In this document: piece after piece, positions 29,140 to 38,737 of the stretch
Layout: each line of letters starts with the position of its first letter
How positions within the stretch are numbered: the stretch's first letter is position 1
Source of the DNA: an uncultured Bacteroidota bacterium
GTDB taxonomy: Bacteria; CLD3; SB21
Assembly (NCBI GenBank): GCA_964535295.1
Contig: CAZHUW010000001.1
Span: 677-64,676, forward strand
Direction of reading: 5' to 3'
DNA: 64,000 bases
The notes under the pieces: model-generated
Told to the model about the DNA's origin: nothing
Database searches by the model: none
What the model saw: the letters and a program-made list of their open reading frames with translations, nothing else
Made by a program: the position numbers and the translations under genes

Positions 29140-31548
29140 TTAAAAGGCCTGTCCTAAGGTGATCTGAAATGCAAGCGGGGAAATCAATTTTGCTCCTTTG
29201 GAACTGATAGTACGTATTTCATTCGTTGCTACATCACGTACTTTCAGTTTGCTGATGCTGACCAGTTTATAACCCACATCGATACGTACAGGCCCAATCA
29301 GAGTCCTGATCCTGGTACCGATCCCGGCAGCCCCCACCGGTTTTACAGGCAATTCTTTGTTGAAATTTTTGAAATCATATTCCGTCCATACATTACCGTA
29401 ATCAAAAAAAGTCGCAAGGTCCATCCCGCTTATGACGTCATTGGGATTCCGTGAAACGTACAGATTATAGCGGAGTTCGATACTGGTCTCGAGGATGCTG
29501 TTGCCGCCAAGGAATGTTAGCCGGGCTTTTCCTCCGGACGTATCTTCTTCGATCACGCCTATTTCCTTGATCCCCCATCCGCGTATACTATTGGGGCCTC
29601 CGCCGTAGTACTGTTCACTGACCGGGATCTGAGTCTTGATCTGACCGACGTAATAAGGAATGTCCGAGCCGATGCGAAAGCGCAGTGCCAGCGAAAGTTT
29701 ACGGGTCAATCCGAAATATTTCCGGTTATCTAAACTGAGTTTCAGATATTTCAGATCGGACGGCAAAATAAATCCGGCAAAATCACTGTTGAGGTAAATC
29801 AGAAAACCGGTATTGGGATAGAAAAAATCATTACTGCTGTTGAAAGTAAATCCAAGCCTGGAATTTGTCGTAAAAAAGTTTTTATCGGCATTGTCACTGG
29901 CTTCCGTACGAAGCAATAATTTCCTGGTAAACGAAAACGGCGTTAGGCTCATGTTGAGTTGCCGCGTAAGCTGGCGAATAAAGGTCGGAGAAACCTCATA
30001 ACTGAGTTCGTCAAACGCCTTCGTATTATTTCTCTCTCCGGACACCGTGAAGAGAAGATCGTTCTCCGCATCCCGCGTAAAAGGCAATATGAATGACGGC
30101 TGTCTGAACGTGACTTTTCCCTGCATATAATTTGCAAATAACGGATCCGAGACGAATCCCTTGCTGACTTTACCGGAAACTTCAAGCTTTCGGGCGCCGC
30201 CCATGAAGTTCCTGCTCTGCCACGTAACCTGAAGGGCCAGGAAAGGTAGGTTACTCAAGCCGCGCCGTTCGCTTGCAGGAAGATCTCGAAAATCCGTAGT
30301 AATGCCGAGACCCGGTTTGATGATCTTCTCTTTTCGTTCATTCACGGACATGGTTACGTTGAGCGTATCCACGGGGATACCGAACATTTCAAGATCCAGA
30401 TCCTTACCGGCCAAGCGGTTGTCCGCTTTTTGTTTGATCGAATCCAGTATGGCCGGTAACTCCGTCCTGGAAGCAATGGCGGTCGAGTCAACTCGTCCGC
30501 GTTTTTTTGAAAGTATGGGTTTGACCGATCGAAAGACGGAGAGCCCGTTGATCTGCCCTACACTGAGCCCGAGCTTATCCGGATCAAACGGTTTGCCCTC
30601 TTTGTAACGCACTTTAAGCAGGATCACTTTGTCATCGACGATCTTTTTTGTGGTATCGACTGACGGTTTCCCATTCTGATTCTTATAATAATTTCCGGAG
30701 ACATCGGTTTTGCCGAAAACGGTGTAACGCCCGGGCAATACGGTATAGGCAACGTTTACCTTATGCGGCGTATCCGCAACCGAGTCAATCGATTCTGAAA
30801 TTTCTGCTGAAAAATATCCATGTTGACCAAAAATTTTCTGTATCGTTGCCTTATCAATATCGATATTTTCCCTTGCCAGCATATCGCCTTTCTGAACGAT
30901 CAATTGGGAGACGATCCGTTTCGCTTCCAGGTCGCCTTTGGGATCAACCAGGGGTATTGAAGAATTAACTTTTATACGCGGATCTTCTGCAAGAACCGTA
31001 GGCGCCCCTTCATGTATGTATATTTTAACCGATATTTTTCTGCGGTCCTTCGAAAAGGTTGCCTTATATCTTACAATCTTGGCGTCAAAATATCCCTGTC
31101 CTTCATACAGCGACCGTATCACGCGAAGATCTTCCGTGAGTATCTCGTTCACAAAGAAATACCGGTTCGACCCGAGCTCCGGATCCCAAAAAGTCAAAGT
31201 CACTATACGGGTCACATTATTGACCAGCCATGATCCCGCCTTCGTAAAAAAACCGAGTTCGCGGTCCTCTTCTTCGCCCACCTTAAGTGAGAGATTAAGA
31301 AAGTCATCATCAAATACCTTTAATCCGGTTTTTTTGCCTTTACTGTCAACCCCCTCAAACTCATAATCTTTACCGTCAACAAATACACTGTCCTCAAATG
31401 TCGGTAACGAATCGATCCACATGCCGGAAGAATCAATATATTCGGCACGAAAATGTGTTTTTTCGGACTGCGCAACCAGCGTCGAATGACCATACAGGAT
31501 CAAGGCCAGCCATAAGGAAACTATGTGATGTAGGACGGTAAAACGCAT
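29140..31548 (-). CDS. Omp85-family outer-membrane protein (BamA/TamA-like: POTRA region plus C-terminal beta-barrel).
   Basis: Signal peptide from Met21 of the long ORF (start 31548). C-terminal barrel ending in ...GQAF with an aromatic terminus. Size ~800 aa. Confidence 0.6.
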   Translation of the reverse strand: MRFTVLHHIVSLWLALILYGHSTLVAQSEKTHFRAEYIDSSGMWIDSLPTFEDSVFVDGKDYEFEGVDSKGKKTGLKVFDDDFLNLSLKVGEEEDRELGFFTKAGSWLVNNVTRIVTLTFWDPELGSNRYFFVNEILTEDLRVIRSLYEGQGYFDAKIVRYKATFSKDRRKISVKIYIHEGAPTVLAEDPRIKVNSSIPLVDPKGDLEAKRIVSQLIVQKGDMLARENIDIDKATIQKIFGQHGYFSAEISESIDSVADTPHKVNVAYTVLPGRYTVFGKTDVSGNYYKNQNGKPSVDTTKKIVDDKVILLKVRYKEGKPFDPDKLGLSVGQINGLSVFRSVKPILSKKRGRVDSTAIASRTELPAILDSIKQKADNRLAGKDLDLEMFGIPVDTLNVTMSVNERKEKIIKPGLGITTDFRDLPASERRGLSNLPFLALQVTWQSRNFMGGARKLEVSGKVSKGFVSDPLFANYMQGKVTFRQPSFILPFTRDAENDLLFTVSGERNNTKAFDELSYEVSPTFIRQLTRQLNMSLTPFSFTRKLLLRTEASDNADKNFFTTNSRLGFTFNSSNDFFYPNTGFLIYLNSDFAGFILPSDLKYLKLSLDNRKYFGLTRKLSLALRFRIGSDIPYYVGQIKTQIPVSEQYYGGGPNSIRGWGIKEIGVIEEDTSGGKARLTFLGGNSILETSIELRYNLYVSRNPNDVISGMDLATFFDYGNVWTEYDFKNFNKELPVKPVGAAGIGTRIRTLIGPVRIDVGYKLVSISKLKVRDVATNEIRTISSKGAKLISPLAFQITLGQAF

Positions 31549-31561
31549 GGGCGGGAACAGA

Positions 31562-31903
31562 TTACTTTGTTTTTTTATCAGAAGGATAATCTTGCTGCAA
31601 TTTTTCAACGGCCAAGCCGTTCAGGAGACGCTCATCGACTTCAATTTCATCGACGATACCGATAACGGCCGCCTCGATGGATAATTCATTGGGTGTGTCG
31701 GTTATGGCACGCCGGGCTGCGTGCCCGTAGGAGCATATAACCAATTCCCCGATTCCGGCACCAAGCGTGTCCGCCACCACCACCACATTTGTATTCGGCG
31801 CTTTATCAATATTTACTGGATGAATCATGAGGAATCGGAGCGATTTGACATTATCCACTTTTTTTGTGGCCCAAACCGTTCCAACAACGCGTCCGATGAA
31901 CAT
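31562..31903 (-). CDS. EutN/CcmL/PduN-family bacterial-microcompartment vertex (BMC-P) protein homolog. Solitary within this window.
   Basis: 113 aa. GTVWATKKVDNVKSLRFLMIH...VVADTLGAGIGELVICSYGHAARRA...IEAAVIGIVDEI aligns block-for-block with CcmL/EutN. ~20-residue charged C-terminal extension. Confidence 0.75.
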   Translation of the reverse strand: MFIGRVVGTVWATKKVDNVKSLRFLMIHPVNIDKAPNTNVVVVADTLGAGIGELVICSYGHAARRAITDTPNELSIEAAVIGIVDEIEVDERLLNGLAVEKLQQDYPSDKKTK

Positions 31904-31921
31904 ATCGAATTCCGAAATGAA

Positions 31922-33427
31922 TTAAAAAATAATCATATAAACGGCCAAGCCTCCCGCCAGTCCACAAACCATATTGACCCGGTCATTATGAAAAAACTCC
32001 CAGCCGCGTATCAGCGTCGTGACCTTTTCGCAGTGTATCCTGCGCTCGGTCACTTTACCGCAAAGATCACATATATATTGCGACTGAAGGGTTGCTCCCA
32101 GCATGCTGTCAACAAGGCTCCCGATGACTCCTGACAAGATAATCCAAAAAAAACTCATCTCCAACGAACTTTTCAAAAATAACTCCGGATTGACCAGATA
32201 ACCGCTGACAGCAACACAAAACGCGCCGGCCGCCCCCCCTAATGTACCCAATAGCGAGACGCCTCCCGAAGTGCCCGGCGCCACTTTTTTCAATGTTAGA
32301 ATACTCCTGGGAGTCGATTTAAAAAATACGCCGATCTCGGTAGCCCACGTATCGCTTGTTACGGCTGCTAAAATACCCAAAAAGACCGGATACCAGTTGG
32401 GATGCGGAAAATAGAAGGCCCCGATGATTATGATACCAGCAAGCCCGCCGTTGGCAATGACCTGTGCAGCATCACGTGTACTGCCCTTTTCAAAAACGAG
32501 ATCGAATTTCTTCTTGCGCCGTTTTCCCATCTTGGACAGAAGGCTCGACGTTACAAAAAAAGTCATGATCGGCGCCGCCCAAACCCAACCCCCCAAGCCA
32601 AATATCAATGTTCCCAAAAGAAAGGCTGTTACAGCGCCTCCGGCATTGAGAAAACGGAAGTAATGAGATAAAATTGAAACCACCAGTGACAACAAACTTC
32701 CAAATGCGAATTGAAAGGCCGCAGAATCGGGAAAATTGGTCATGACCTGAACGGTGAATGCAACGCCGAGCGGTATGGTCATATTATCGGATCCTTTAGC
32801 GGAAACAGCCTCCGCAGCCGTTGCAACCAATGAGCCTGTAAAGGCCGTCAGCAACGCCAGTTCCCATGACCACGTTAGAAACTCCCAGCGGTCAAGAAAA
32901 TAAAACGAGATCAAGATCACGCCGAAAGAGACCACCAACATCCCGGCTGATCCTTCGAGACTTTTATTATCGCCAGTCAAATTGTAGTTGTGCGGATGCG
33001 TGAAACGGGTACCAATAAGTGCCGCTGATGCATCGCCGACAGCCAAAACCAGCATTGCCGTCATGAGAGCGGGTTTGTTGCTTTCCCAACATAAGAACGT
33101 AAGAAGCGTAAAAGCAAGAGGATACCAAGCTGTGCCATACGTCAGGCGCCCTGTTCCGTGCATGCCTTTCAGCCAATGAAACCGGACCGCCAAATAATCA
33201 AAAACGGTAAAAAAGGTCCCGAGTATTACGGCGGGCATTTTAGAAGTTAAAAAAAGCGGGGATACGAAAACCAGAAGCCCCGTTCCCACGTGCGTGATCT
33301 TTCTGGTGATCTCTCCGCTCCAATGAAAATGGCGGCGGATCAATTCAACCGACGTCAACAAGGTTCCGAGAATAAAAAAAGCGGAGAAACCGTAGTACCA
33401 ATCCTGTGGCAAGTTAAGATCGTTCAT
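31922..33427 (-). CDS. Integral-membrane fusion: N-terminal CTP-dependent polyprenol kinase-like domain (dolichol kinase / phytol kinase VTE5 family) plus C-terminal DUF92/COG1836 (TMEM19/VTE6-like) domain.
   Basis: The N-terminal half carries RKITHVGTG, LAVGDASAALIG and KSLEGSAGM, the polyprenol-kinase hallmarks. The C-terminal half is a Gly-rich polytopic region typical of DUF92. Confidence 0.55.
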   Translation of the reverse strand: MNDLNLPQDWYYGFSAFFILGTLLTSVELIRRHFHWSGEITRKITHVGTGLLVFVSPLFLTSKMPAVILGTFFTVFDYLAVRFHWLKGMHGTGRLTYGTAWYPLAFTLLTFLCWESNKPALMTAMLVLAVGDASAALIGTRFTHPHNYNLTGDNKSLEGSAGMLVVSFGVILISFYFLDRWEFLTWSWELALLTAFTGSLVATAAEAVSAKGSDNMTIPLGVAFTVQVMTNFPDSAAFQFAFGSLLSLVVSILSHYFRFLNAGGAVTAFLLGTLIFGLGGWVWAAPIMTFFVTSSLLSKMGKRRKKKFDLVFEKGSTRDAAQVIANGGLAGIIIIGAFYFPHPNWYPVFLGILAAVTSDTWATEIGVFFKSTPRSILTLKKVAPGTSGGVSLLGTLGGAAGAFCVAVSGYLVNPELFLKSSLEMSFFWIILSGVIGSLVDSMLGATLQSQYICDLCGKVTERRIHCEKVTTLIRGWEFFHNDRVNMVCGLAGGLAVYMIIF

Positions 33428-33430
33428 CGA

Positions 33431-33661
33431 CTATACGGCGGAATGGGCCGATTGTTTGTTGCGTTCCGAAGCACGGGATTTGAGAGGTACTCCGTCATTG
33501 GACAGCACTTCGAAGGGACAAATTTCTACGCAAAAATTACATTCTGTGCAACTGGCGTGAATGACGCTCAGGCGAACTTCAGTCAGCTCCATCGCATCGA
33601 AAGGACATACGCCGACGCAGGCGCCGCAGAGATCACATTTATCGTAATTGATCTGGATCAT
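33431..33661 (-). CDS. 2x[4Fe-4S] ferredoxin.
   Basis: Two CxxCxxCxxxCP motifs (CDLCGACVGVCP and CTECNFCVEICP) in 76 aa. Confidence 0.85.
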   Translation of the reverse strand: MIQINYDKCDLCGACVGVCPFDAMELTEVRLSVIHASCTECNFCVEICPFEVLSNDGVPLKSRASERNKQSAHSAV

Positions 33662-33669
33662 AATAAAAC

Positions 33670-34809
33670 TTACACTTTGTCGAGGGCATTTTTGATATCA
33701 CTGATCAAATCTTCCGCATCCTCGCATCCGACGGAGAGACGGACCAGTCCGTCCGTCAGGTTTAGTTTTAACCGGTCTTCGAGCGGAACGGAACCGTGTG
33801 TCATACTCGCCGGGTGACAGATGAGGCTTTCCACTCCACCTAAGCTTTCAGCTAAAGCGAATATCTTAACATGGCGCAGTAAATTCTTTCCGTTCTCCAG
33901 CGATCCCAATTCGATCGAGATCATACCGCCGAATCCGCTCATTTGTTTTTTGGCAAGTTCATGCTGCGGATGCGAAGCGAGGCCGGGATAATATACTTTC
34001 TTAACTTTATTGTGCCCATTCAGGAAATTGGCCATCTGTATGGCATTCTCATTATGCTGGCGCATGCGCAGGGCCAGGGTTTTAGTGGAGCGCATCACGA
34101 GCCAACAGTCGAACGGCGAAGGCACACCGCCGATCGCGTTCTGCAGAAAGCGCAATTTTTCATGAAGATCCTGTCCGCTAGTAACAATGATCCCTCCGAT
34201 GACGTCGCTGTGGCCGTTGATATACTTCGTCGTGCTGTGCAATACGATATCGATGCCGAATTCCAACGGACGCTGAAAATAAGGGCTCATGAAAGTATTG
34301 TCTACAACGGTAATGAATTTATGTTTTTTACCAATTTCCGTCACGGCATTGAGGTCCGTGATGGTCAGCATCGGATTGGTCGGCGTTTCGACGTAGATCA
34401 TTTTTGTTTCTTTGGTGATCGCCGCCTTAATATTTTTCATATCCGACGTATCCACCCAAGAAAAGGTCAGGCCGTAGCGGCGCATGATCTTATCAAAAAA
34501 ACGGAACGTGCCGCCGTACACATTATCGGATACGATCACATGGTCGCCGGCGCTCAATAATCCCGCAACCGCCTGAATGGCCGACATACCGCTGGAGAAT
34601 GCAAGACCGAATTTGCCTTTCTCAAGCGCGGCGATATTATTTTCAAGCGCGACACGGGTCGGGTTAATCGTTCGTCCGTAGTCAAAACCCTTGCTGACGC
34701 CCAATTCCTCCTGAGCGTACGTAGAGGTCTGGTAGATCGGTGTGATGACGGCGCCGGTTGTTGGATCGGCTGTCTGGCCTGCGTGAATCGAATCTGTCAA
34801 AAAACCCAT
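33670..34809 (-). CDS. PLP-dependent transsulfuration enzyme (cystathionine gamma-lyase / gamma-synthase / methionine gamma-lyase family).
   Basis: 379 aa, Cys/Met-metabolism PLP fold. Lys-containing STTKYINGHSD motif. Sits next to cystathionine beta-synthase, so probably the gamma-lyase of reverse transsulfuration. Confidence 0.8.
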   Translation of the reverse strand: MGFLTDSIHAGQTADPTTGAVITPIYQTSTYAQEELGVSKGFDYGRTINPTRVALENNIAALEKGKFGLAFSSGMSAIQAVAGLLSAGDHVIVSDNVYGGTFRFFDKIMRRYGLTFSWVDTSDMKNIKAAITKETKMIYVETPTNPMLTITDLNAVTEIGKKHKFITVVDNTFMSPYFQRPLEFGIDIVLHSTTKYINGHSDVIGGIIVTSGQDLHEKLRFLQNAIGGVPSPFDCWLVMRSTKTLALRMRQHNENAIQMANFLNGHNKVKKVYYPGLASHPQHELAKKQMSGFGGMISIELGSLENGKNLLRHVKIFALAESLGGVESLICHPASMTHGSVPLEDRLKLNLTDGLVRLSVGCEDAEDLISDIKNALDKV

Positions 34810-34835
34810 TTTTTCAATTTCCTTTTGATAAATAA

Positions 34836-36182
34836 TTATTTTCCTGCCAAATAATCCAGAAGGTCGATGCGTGTCATGATACTGATCGGCTTACGTTGTT
34901 CGTCCACCACAACCACCGCCCCGCTCTGACGAAATATTTCCTGCAGGGTCGAGATCGGTGTATTCGGCCCGACCATCGGCACCTGGCGGTTCATGCATTT
35001 TGAAATGAGAGCCGCGCTTTGGCCTGCGCCTGAACTCAAATATTCGATGAGATCGGATTCCGAAACAATACCTACCAGCACGCCGCCGGACGTAACGGGT
35101 AATTGGGAGATCCCTTTTTGACGCATAACGGCAATCACATTCTGCACGGTCTGCATATCATCGGAACAGACCAACTGCGGACGCTGGGACTGATCGAGGA
35201 TATCTTTGACCTTTCCCTGAATAGGTTTCGTTTCAAAGAATTTATTCTCGCGCATCCACTTGTCGTCCACGAACTTGGTCATATAATTACGCACGCCGTC
35301 GGGCAAAACCACAATACAATTCTGTCCCTCTTTCAATTTCGGCGCCTTCTGCAGAGCCGCGAATAAAGCCGATCCGCTGGAACCGCCGACAAGCAATCCT
35401 TCTTCGCGTATCAGGCGTCGCGATAATAAGAACGACGGCTGGTCCTCCGTTTTGACCCATTCATCGATCAGTGACCTGTCAAGCACATCCGGAACAAAAT
35501 CATACCCGATGCCTTCAACTTTGTAAGTTCCGACATCCGTTCCTCCGCCGAGGATCGAACCTACCGGATCCGCGCCGACCACGATACATTTAGGATTATG
35601 TTCTTTCAATCTCTTTGCTACTCCAGTGATCGAACCGCCGGTGCCGGCGCCCATCACGACCATGTCGATCTTCCCGTTAAGATCCTCGATCATTTCCCGC
35701 GCCGTTTCATTGTAATGAACGTTCGGGTTGTTAGGGTTGGAATATTGATCCAGAATATGCGCATTGGGCAGTTCTGACTGCAGGCGCCGCGCCACGCTGA
35801 TATGGCTTTCCGGAGAATCAAACGACGCTTCCGTCGGGGTTCGGATGATCTCCGCGCCTAAAGCTTCGAGTACAACTTGTTTTTCACGGCTCATTTTTTC
35901 CGGCATCGTAATGATCACGCGGTAGCCGCGAACAGCACCCGCTAAAGCTATTCCGATACCGGTATTGCCGCTGGTCGGTTCGATCAACGTATCGCCCGGT
36001 TTGATTCGGCCCTCGCGTTCCGCGGCTTCGACCATGGATTTGCCGATGCGGTCTTTGAGTGAACCGCCGGGATTAAGGAATTCACATTTGGCATATAGAT
36101 TACAGGCCAGATGTGCGCCAACCCGGTTCAGTTTGACTAGCGGCGTTCGCCCGATAACTTCGATAATGTTATTAAACTTCAT
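34836..36182 (-). CDS. Cystathionine beta-synthase-like protein: CysK/CysM-type PLP domain with a C-terminal CBS-domain pair.
   Basis: N-terminus KLNRV...PGGSLKDRIG...SGNTGIGIALAG (PLP fold type II) followed by two CBS motifs. 448 aa. Confidence 0.8.
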   Translation of the reverse strand: MKFNNIIEVIGRTPLVKLNRVGAHLACNLYAKCEFLNPGGSLKDRIGKSMVEAAEREGRIKPGDTLIEPTSGNTGIGIALAGAVRGYRVIITMPEKMSREKQVVLEALGAEIIRTPTEASFDSPESHISVARRLQSELPNAHILDQYSNPNNPNVHYNETAREMIEDLNGKIDMVVMGAGTGGSITGVAKRLKEHNPKCIVVGADPVGSILGGGTDVGTYKVEGIGYDFVPDVLDRSLIDEWVKTEDQPSFLLSRRLIREEGLLVGGSSGSALFAALQKAPKLKEGQNCIVVLPDGVRNYMTKFVDDKWMRENKFFETKPIQGKVKDILDQSQRPQLVCSDDMQTVQNVIAVMRQKGISQLPVTSGGVLVGIVSESDLIEYLSSGAGQSAALISKCMNRQVPMVGPNTPISTLQEIFRQSGAVVVVDEQRKPISIMTRIDLLDYLAGK

Positions 36183-36225
36183 GCGTCCGTGGGATAGGTT
36201 ATGGATTAGATTTAATTATGCAGCT

Positions 36226-36633
36226 TCAGAAGTAGATCTCTTTTTTGGCTATCATGGCCTGCAGACGGTCGGATTCTTCCAGCGATTTTTTCACAAATTC
36301 ATTGGTCTTGGTCTTATCCTCGCCGAGAACTACCAAGAAGGCATCCGAGAGCAATTGCGTCAGAACAAAGACCCTTTTGGCGCCAACGGTTACCGTAGTT
36401 TGTATATCTTCGCGCATGCCGTCGGACGAGGTCGATGCCGGAACCGAAAAGATCCTTTTCCCGTGATCGAGAAATACCGATGCAAACGAACCGAGCTGAG
36501 CCTCCGCATCATCGTCTTTGACATTGGAGTGCAGGGCCAGTCCATCGGAAGAAATGATCACCACGGATGTTCCGGGAGCGATCTTTTCAAGGTGTGTGAT
36601 GGTCTGATCAAAAAATTCTTTATGAGAGATCAT
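36226..36633 (-). CDS. Roadblock/LC7 (MglB-like) domain protein.
   Basis: 135 aa with the alpha-beta-beta-alpha-beta pattern (VVIISSDGLALHSN...). Weaker match than its neighbour. Confidence 0.5.
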   Translation of the reverse strand: MISHKEFFDQTITHLEKIAPGTSVVIISSDGLALHSNVKDDDAEAQLGSFASVFLDHGKRIFSVPASTSSDGMREDIQTTVTVGAKRVFVLTQLLSDAFLVVLGEDKTKTNEFVKKSLEESDRLQAMIAKKEIYF

Positions 36634-36645
36634 GGCTTACCTTCG

Positions 36646-36996
36646 CTAATTCACGTGTGATTTGAGTTCTTTCATGGCGCAGCTGATATCATAAAGGACG
36701 AGCCCCAGCTTGGCACTGGTGGTGGTAAAAACGGTCAGCAGCGTATCTTTGCCGGCGCGGGTAATGATGATAAAACCTTCCTTACCACGGATGGAGATCT
36801 GCGACATTTCGCCAAGCATGGCGTCCTCGGCGCTGGTCTCGCCCTGATTGATCAAGGCCGCCGAGATCGCGGCGACGCGTTCATCTTCAATATTATCGGG
36901 AAGAAGGGAAGCGATGATGAGACCGTCGTTGCTCACCAACGCGACGGCGCTCACACCGGGTGTATCGTTTCTTAAGCGCTTGAGGATTTCTTCCAT
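36646..36996 (-). CDS. Roadblock/LC7 (MglB-like) domain protein.
   Basis: 116 aa. VSAVALVSNDGLIIASLLPD...GFIIITRAGKDTLLTVFT is a typical Roadblock fold signature. Confidence 0.65.
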   Translation of the reverse strand: MEEILKRLRNDTPGVSAVALVSNDGLIIASLLPDNIEDERVAAISAALINQGETSAEDAMLGEMSQISIRGKEGFIIITRAGKDTLLTVFTTTSAKLGLVLYDISCAMKELKSHVN

Positions 36997-37118
36997 TGTC
37001 CACCTGTTATAATGAGTTTAACCGAGGGAGAGATATGATTTTGAATGGGGCAAATTAAAGAGAAAATCGAATAAAGTCAACGTACAAAAACCGGTATTGG
37101 GTCAGAGGAAGTCGTGCG

Positions 37119-37484
37119 TCAGGCGTCGGCTTCACGGTAACTCTGGACGGCAGAATCCAGATCGTCATAAAATTCGAACACCCGGTCGAGTTTGGCGATC
37201 TCAAACATTTTGGAGACTTTTTCGTGCGCTCCGATGATACGCAGGTCCCCGTCTTCGGCATTGAATATCCTCCGCCCGAGCAGAAGGGACCCCAGGCCGG
37301 AACTATCGATAAAATCCACAGCCGAGAGATCGACCACGACTTCATGAATACCTGCGTCCTTCATTTTTAAAAATTCCTGTTTGTACAAGTGGGATATCCG
37401 GCTGTCCATGCGCGCATCTTTGATGTGCATGACCGTTACTTCATTGACATCCTCTTCTGTAAAATTGATCTGCTTTTCTTCCAT
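37119..37484 (-). CDS. STAS-domain anti-sigma-factor antagonist (SpoIIAA-like).
   Basis: 121 aa. VDLSAVDFIDSSGLGSLL carries the conserved phosphorylatable Ser in the DSSG motif. Confidence 0.8.
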   Translation of the reverse strand: MEEKQINFTEEDVNEVTVMHIKDARMDSRISHLYKQEFLKMKDAGIHEVVVDLSAVDFIDSSGLGSLLLGRRIFNAEDGDLRIIGAHEKVSKMFEIAKLDRVFEFYDDLDSAVQSYREADA

Positions 37485-37529
37485 ACCGCATTCTCCGTTT
37501 TTGATACTATGTAGATCCTTGACTGTTTT

Positions 37530-38513
37530 CTAAACTGCCAGATGGCAGCTGACAAAGTGATCCTTACTGATCTCTTTCAATTCAGGCCGAACCTCACGGC
37601 ATTCCGGTTTCACCAGCGGGCATCGCGATTGAAATGCGCAACCCTGATGTGCGGCCGACGCTTTTTGAACTTCACCTTTGAGTAACATCCGTTCTTTTCT
37701 TGAATCCGGATCCGGTACAGGTACTGCCGACAACAAGGCCTGCGTATATGGATGCAGCGGCTTCACATATAATATCTCTTTATCAGCTAATTCAACTATC
37801 CGCCCGAGATACATCACCGCTACCCGGTTCGAAATATGACGCACGACCGAAAGATCGTGCGCAATGAATAAATACGTCAGCGAAAGCTGTTTCTGAAGGT
37901 CGGTCAAAAGATTTACTATCTGCGCCTGTATCGACACGTCGAGTGCGGAAACAGGTTCGTCGCAGACGATGAATTTCGGTTCCACCGCGAGCGCCCGTGC
38001 AATGCCGATCCGCTGACGCTGTCCGCCTGAAAATTCATGCGGATATTTATACCGGTTCGCCGGCGAGAGTCCAACCATATCCAATAGTTCTTTAATTCGG
38101 CTGTCAACCTCATCGCCTTCCGCCAGGCGGTGAAACACCAGTATTTCCCGCAGCATGGTATCCACATTTAACCTCGGGTTGAGAGAACTGAAAGGGTCCT
38201 GAAACACGATCTGTAAGTGCCGGCGGTAAGGACGAATCTCTCGATGGGGTAAGCCGGTTATGTCCGTACCGGCATAAAGTACCTGGCCGGCGGTGGGTTC
38301 AACCAGCCGAAGCAAACATCTTCCTGTTGTGCTTTTGCCGCATCCTGACTCGCCAACCAGACCCAGCGTTTCGGACGCCCGAATGTCAAAGGACACGCCG
38401 TCCACCGCTTTCACCGCATGAACTTTCCTGCCGAAAAATCCTTGCGACGATTCGTAATATTTTTGCAGGTTCTGAACGCGGATCAGTGGAACGGCAGAAT
38501 GTGATTCGATCAT
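37530..38513 (-). CDS. Oligopeptide/dipeptide-type ABC transporter ATP-binding protein (OppF/DppF-like), with no adjacent permease or substrate-binding protein.
   Basis: Walker [10 protein letters not shown], signature [15 protein letters not shown], Walker B IVCDEP. Cys-rich OppF-type C-terminal extension. Confidence 0.85.
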   Translation of the reverse strand: MIESHSAVPLIRVQNLQKYYESSQGFFGRKVHAVKAVDGVSFDIRASETLGLVGESGCGKSTTGRCLLRLVEPTAGQVLYAGTDITGLPHREIRPYRRHLQIVFQDPFSSLNPRLNVDTMLREILVFHRLAEGDEVDSRIKELLDMVGLSPANRYKYPHEFSGGQRQRIGIARALAVEPKFIVCDEPVSALDVSIQAQIVNLLTDLQKQLSLTYLFIAHDLSVVRHISNRVAVMYLGRIVELADKEILYVKPLHPYTQALLSAVPVPDPDSRKERMLLKGEVQKASAAHQGCAFQSRCPLVKPECREVRPELKEISKDHFVSCHLAV

Positions 38514-38737
38514 GAACTCTTAAGTGAACTGAAAACTTTCTTTTCCAAAAGTACGGCAGGATCGATGAAAAGTCAAGCAAGCCGCGGATATTTTTATATT
38601 CGAAGAGAATTTACTTGGATGATATCTCCTCGGCATCTTTATCAATATAGAAACAATTTTTCCCCCTTGACCCTTAACCCCAAAAGCCGGAAATTGCAGA
38701 TATAGATTGAACCTTTTTCCTGAACGGGAATTACATC

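Noticed and set aside
37055-37345. A 96-aa ORF overlapping the STAS gene in another frame.
   Set aside because: The STAS reading frame has the conserved DSSG motif and full-length family resemblance. The overlapping frame is Cys/Trp-rich nonsense.
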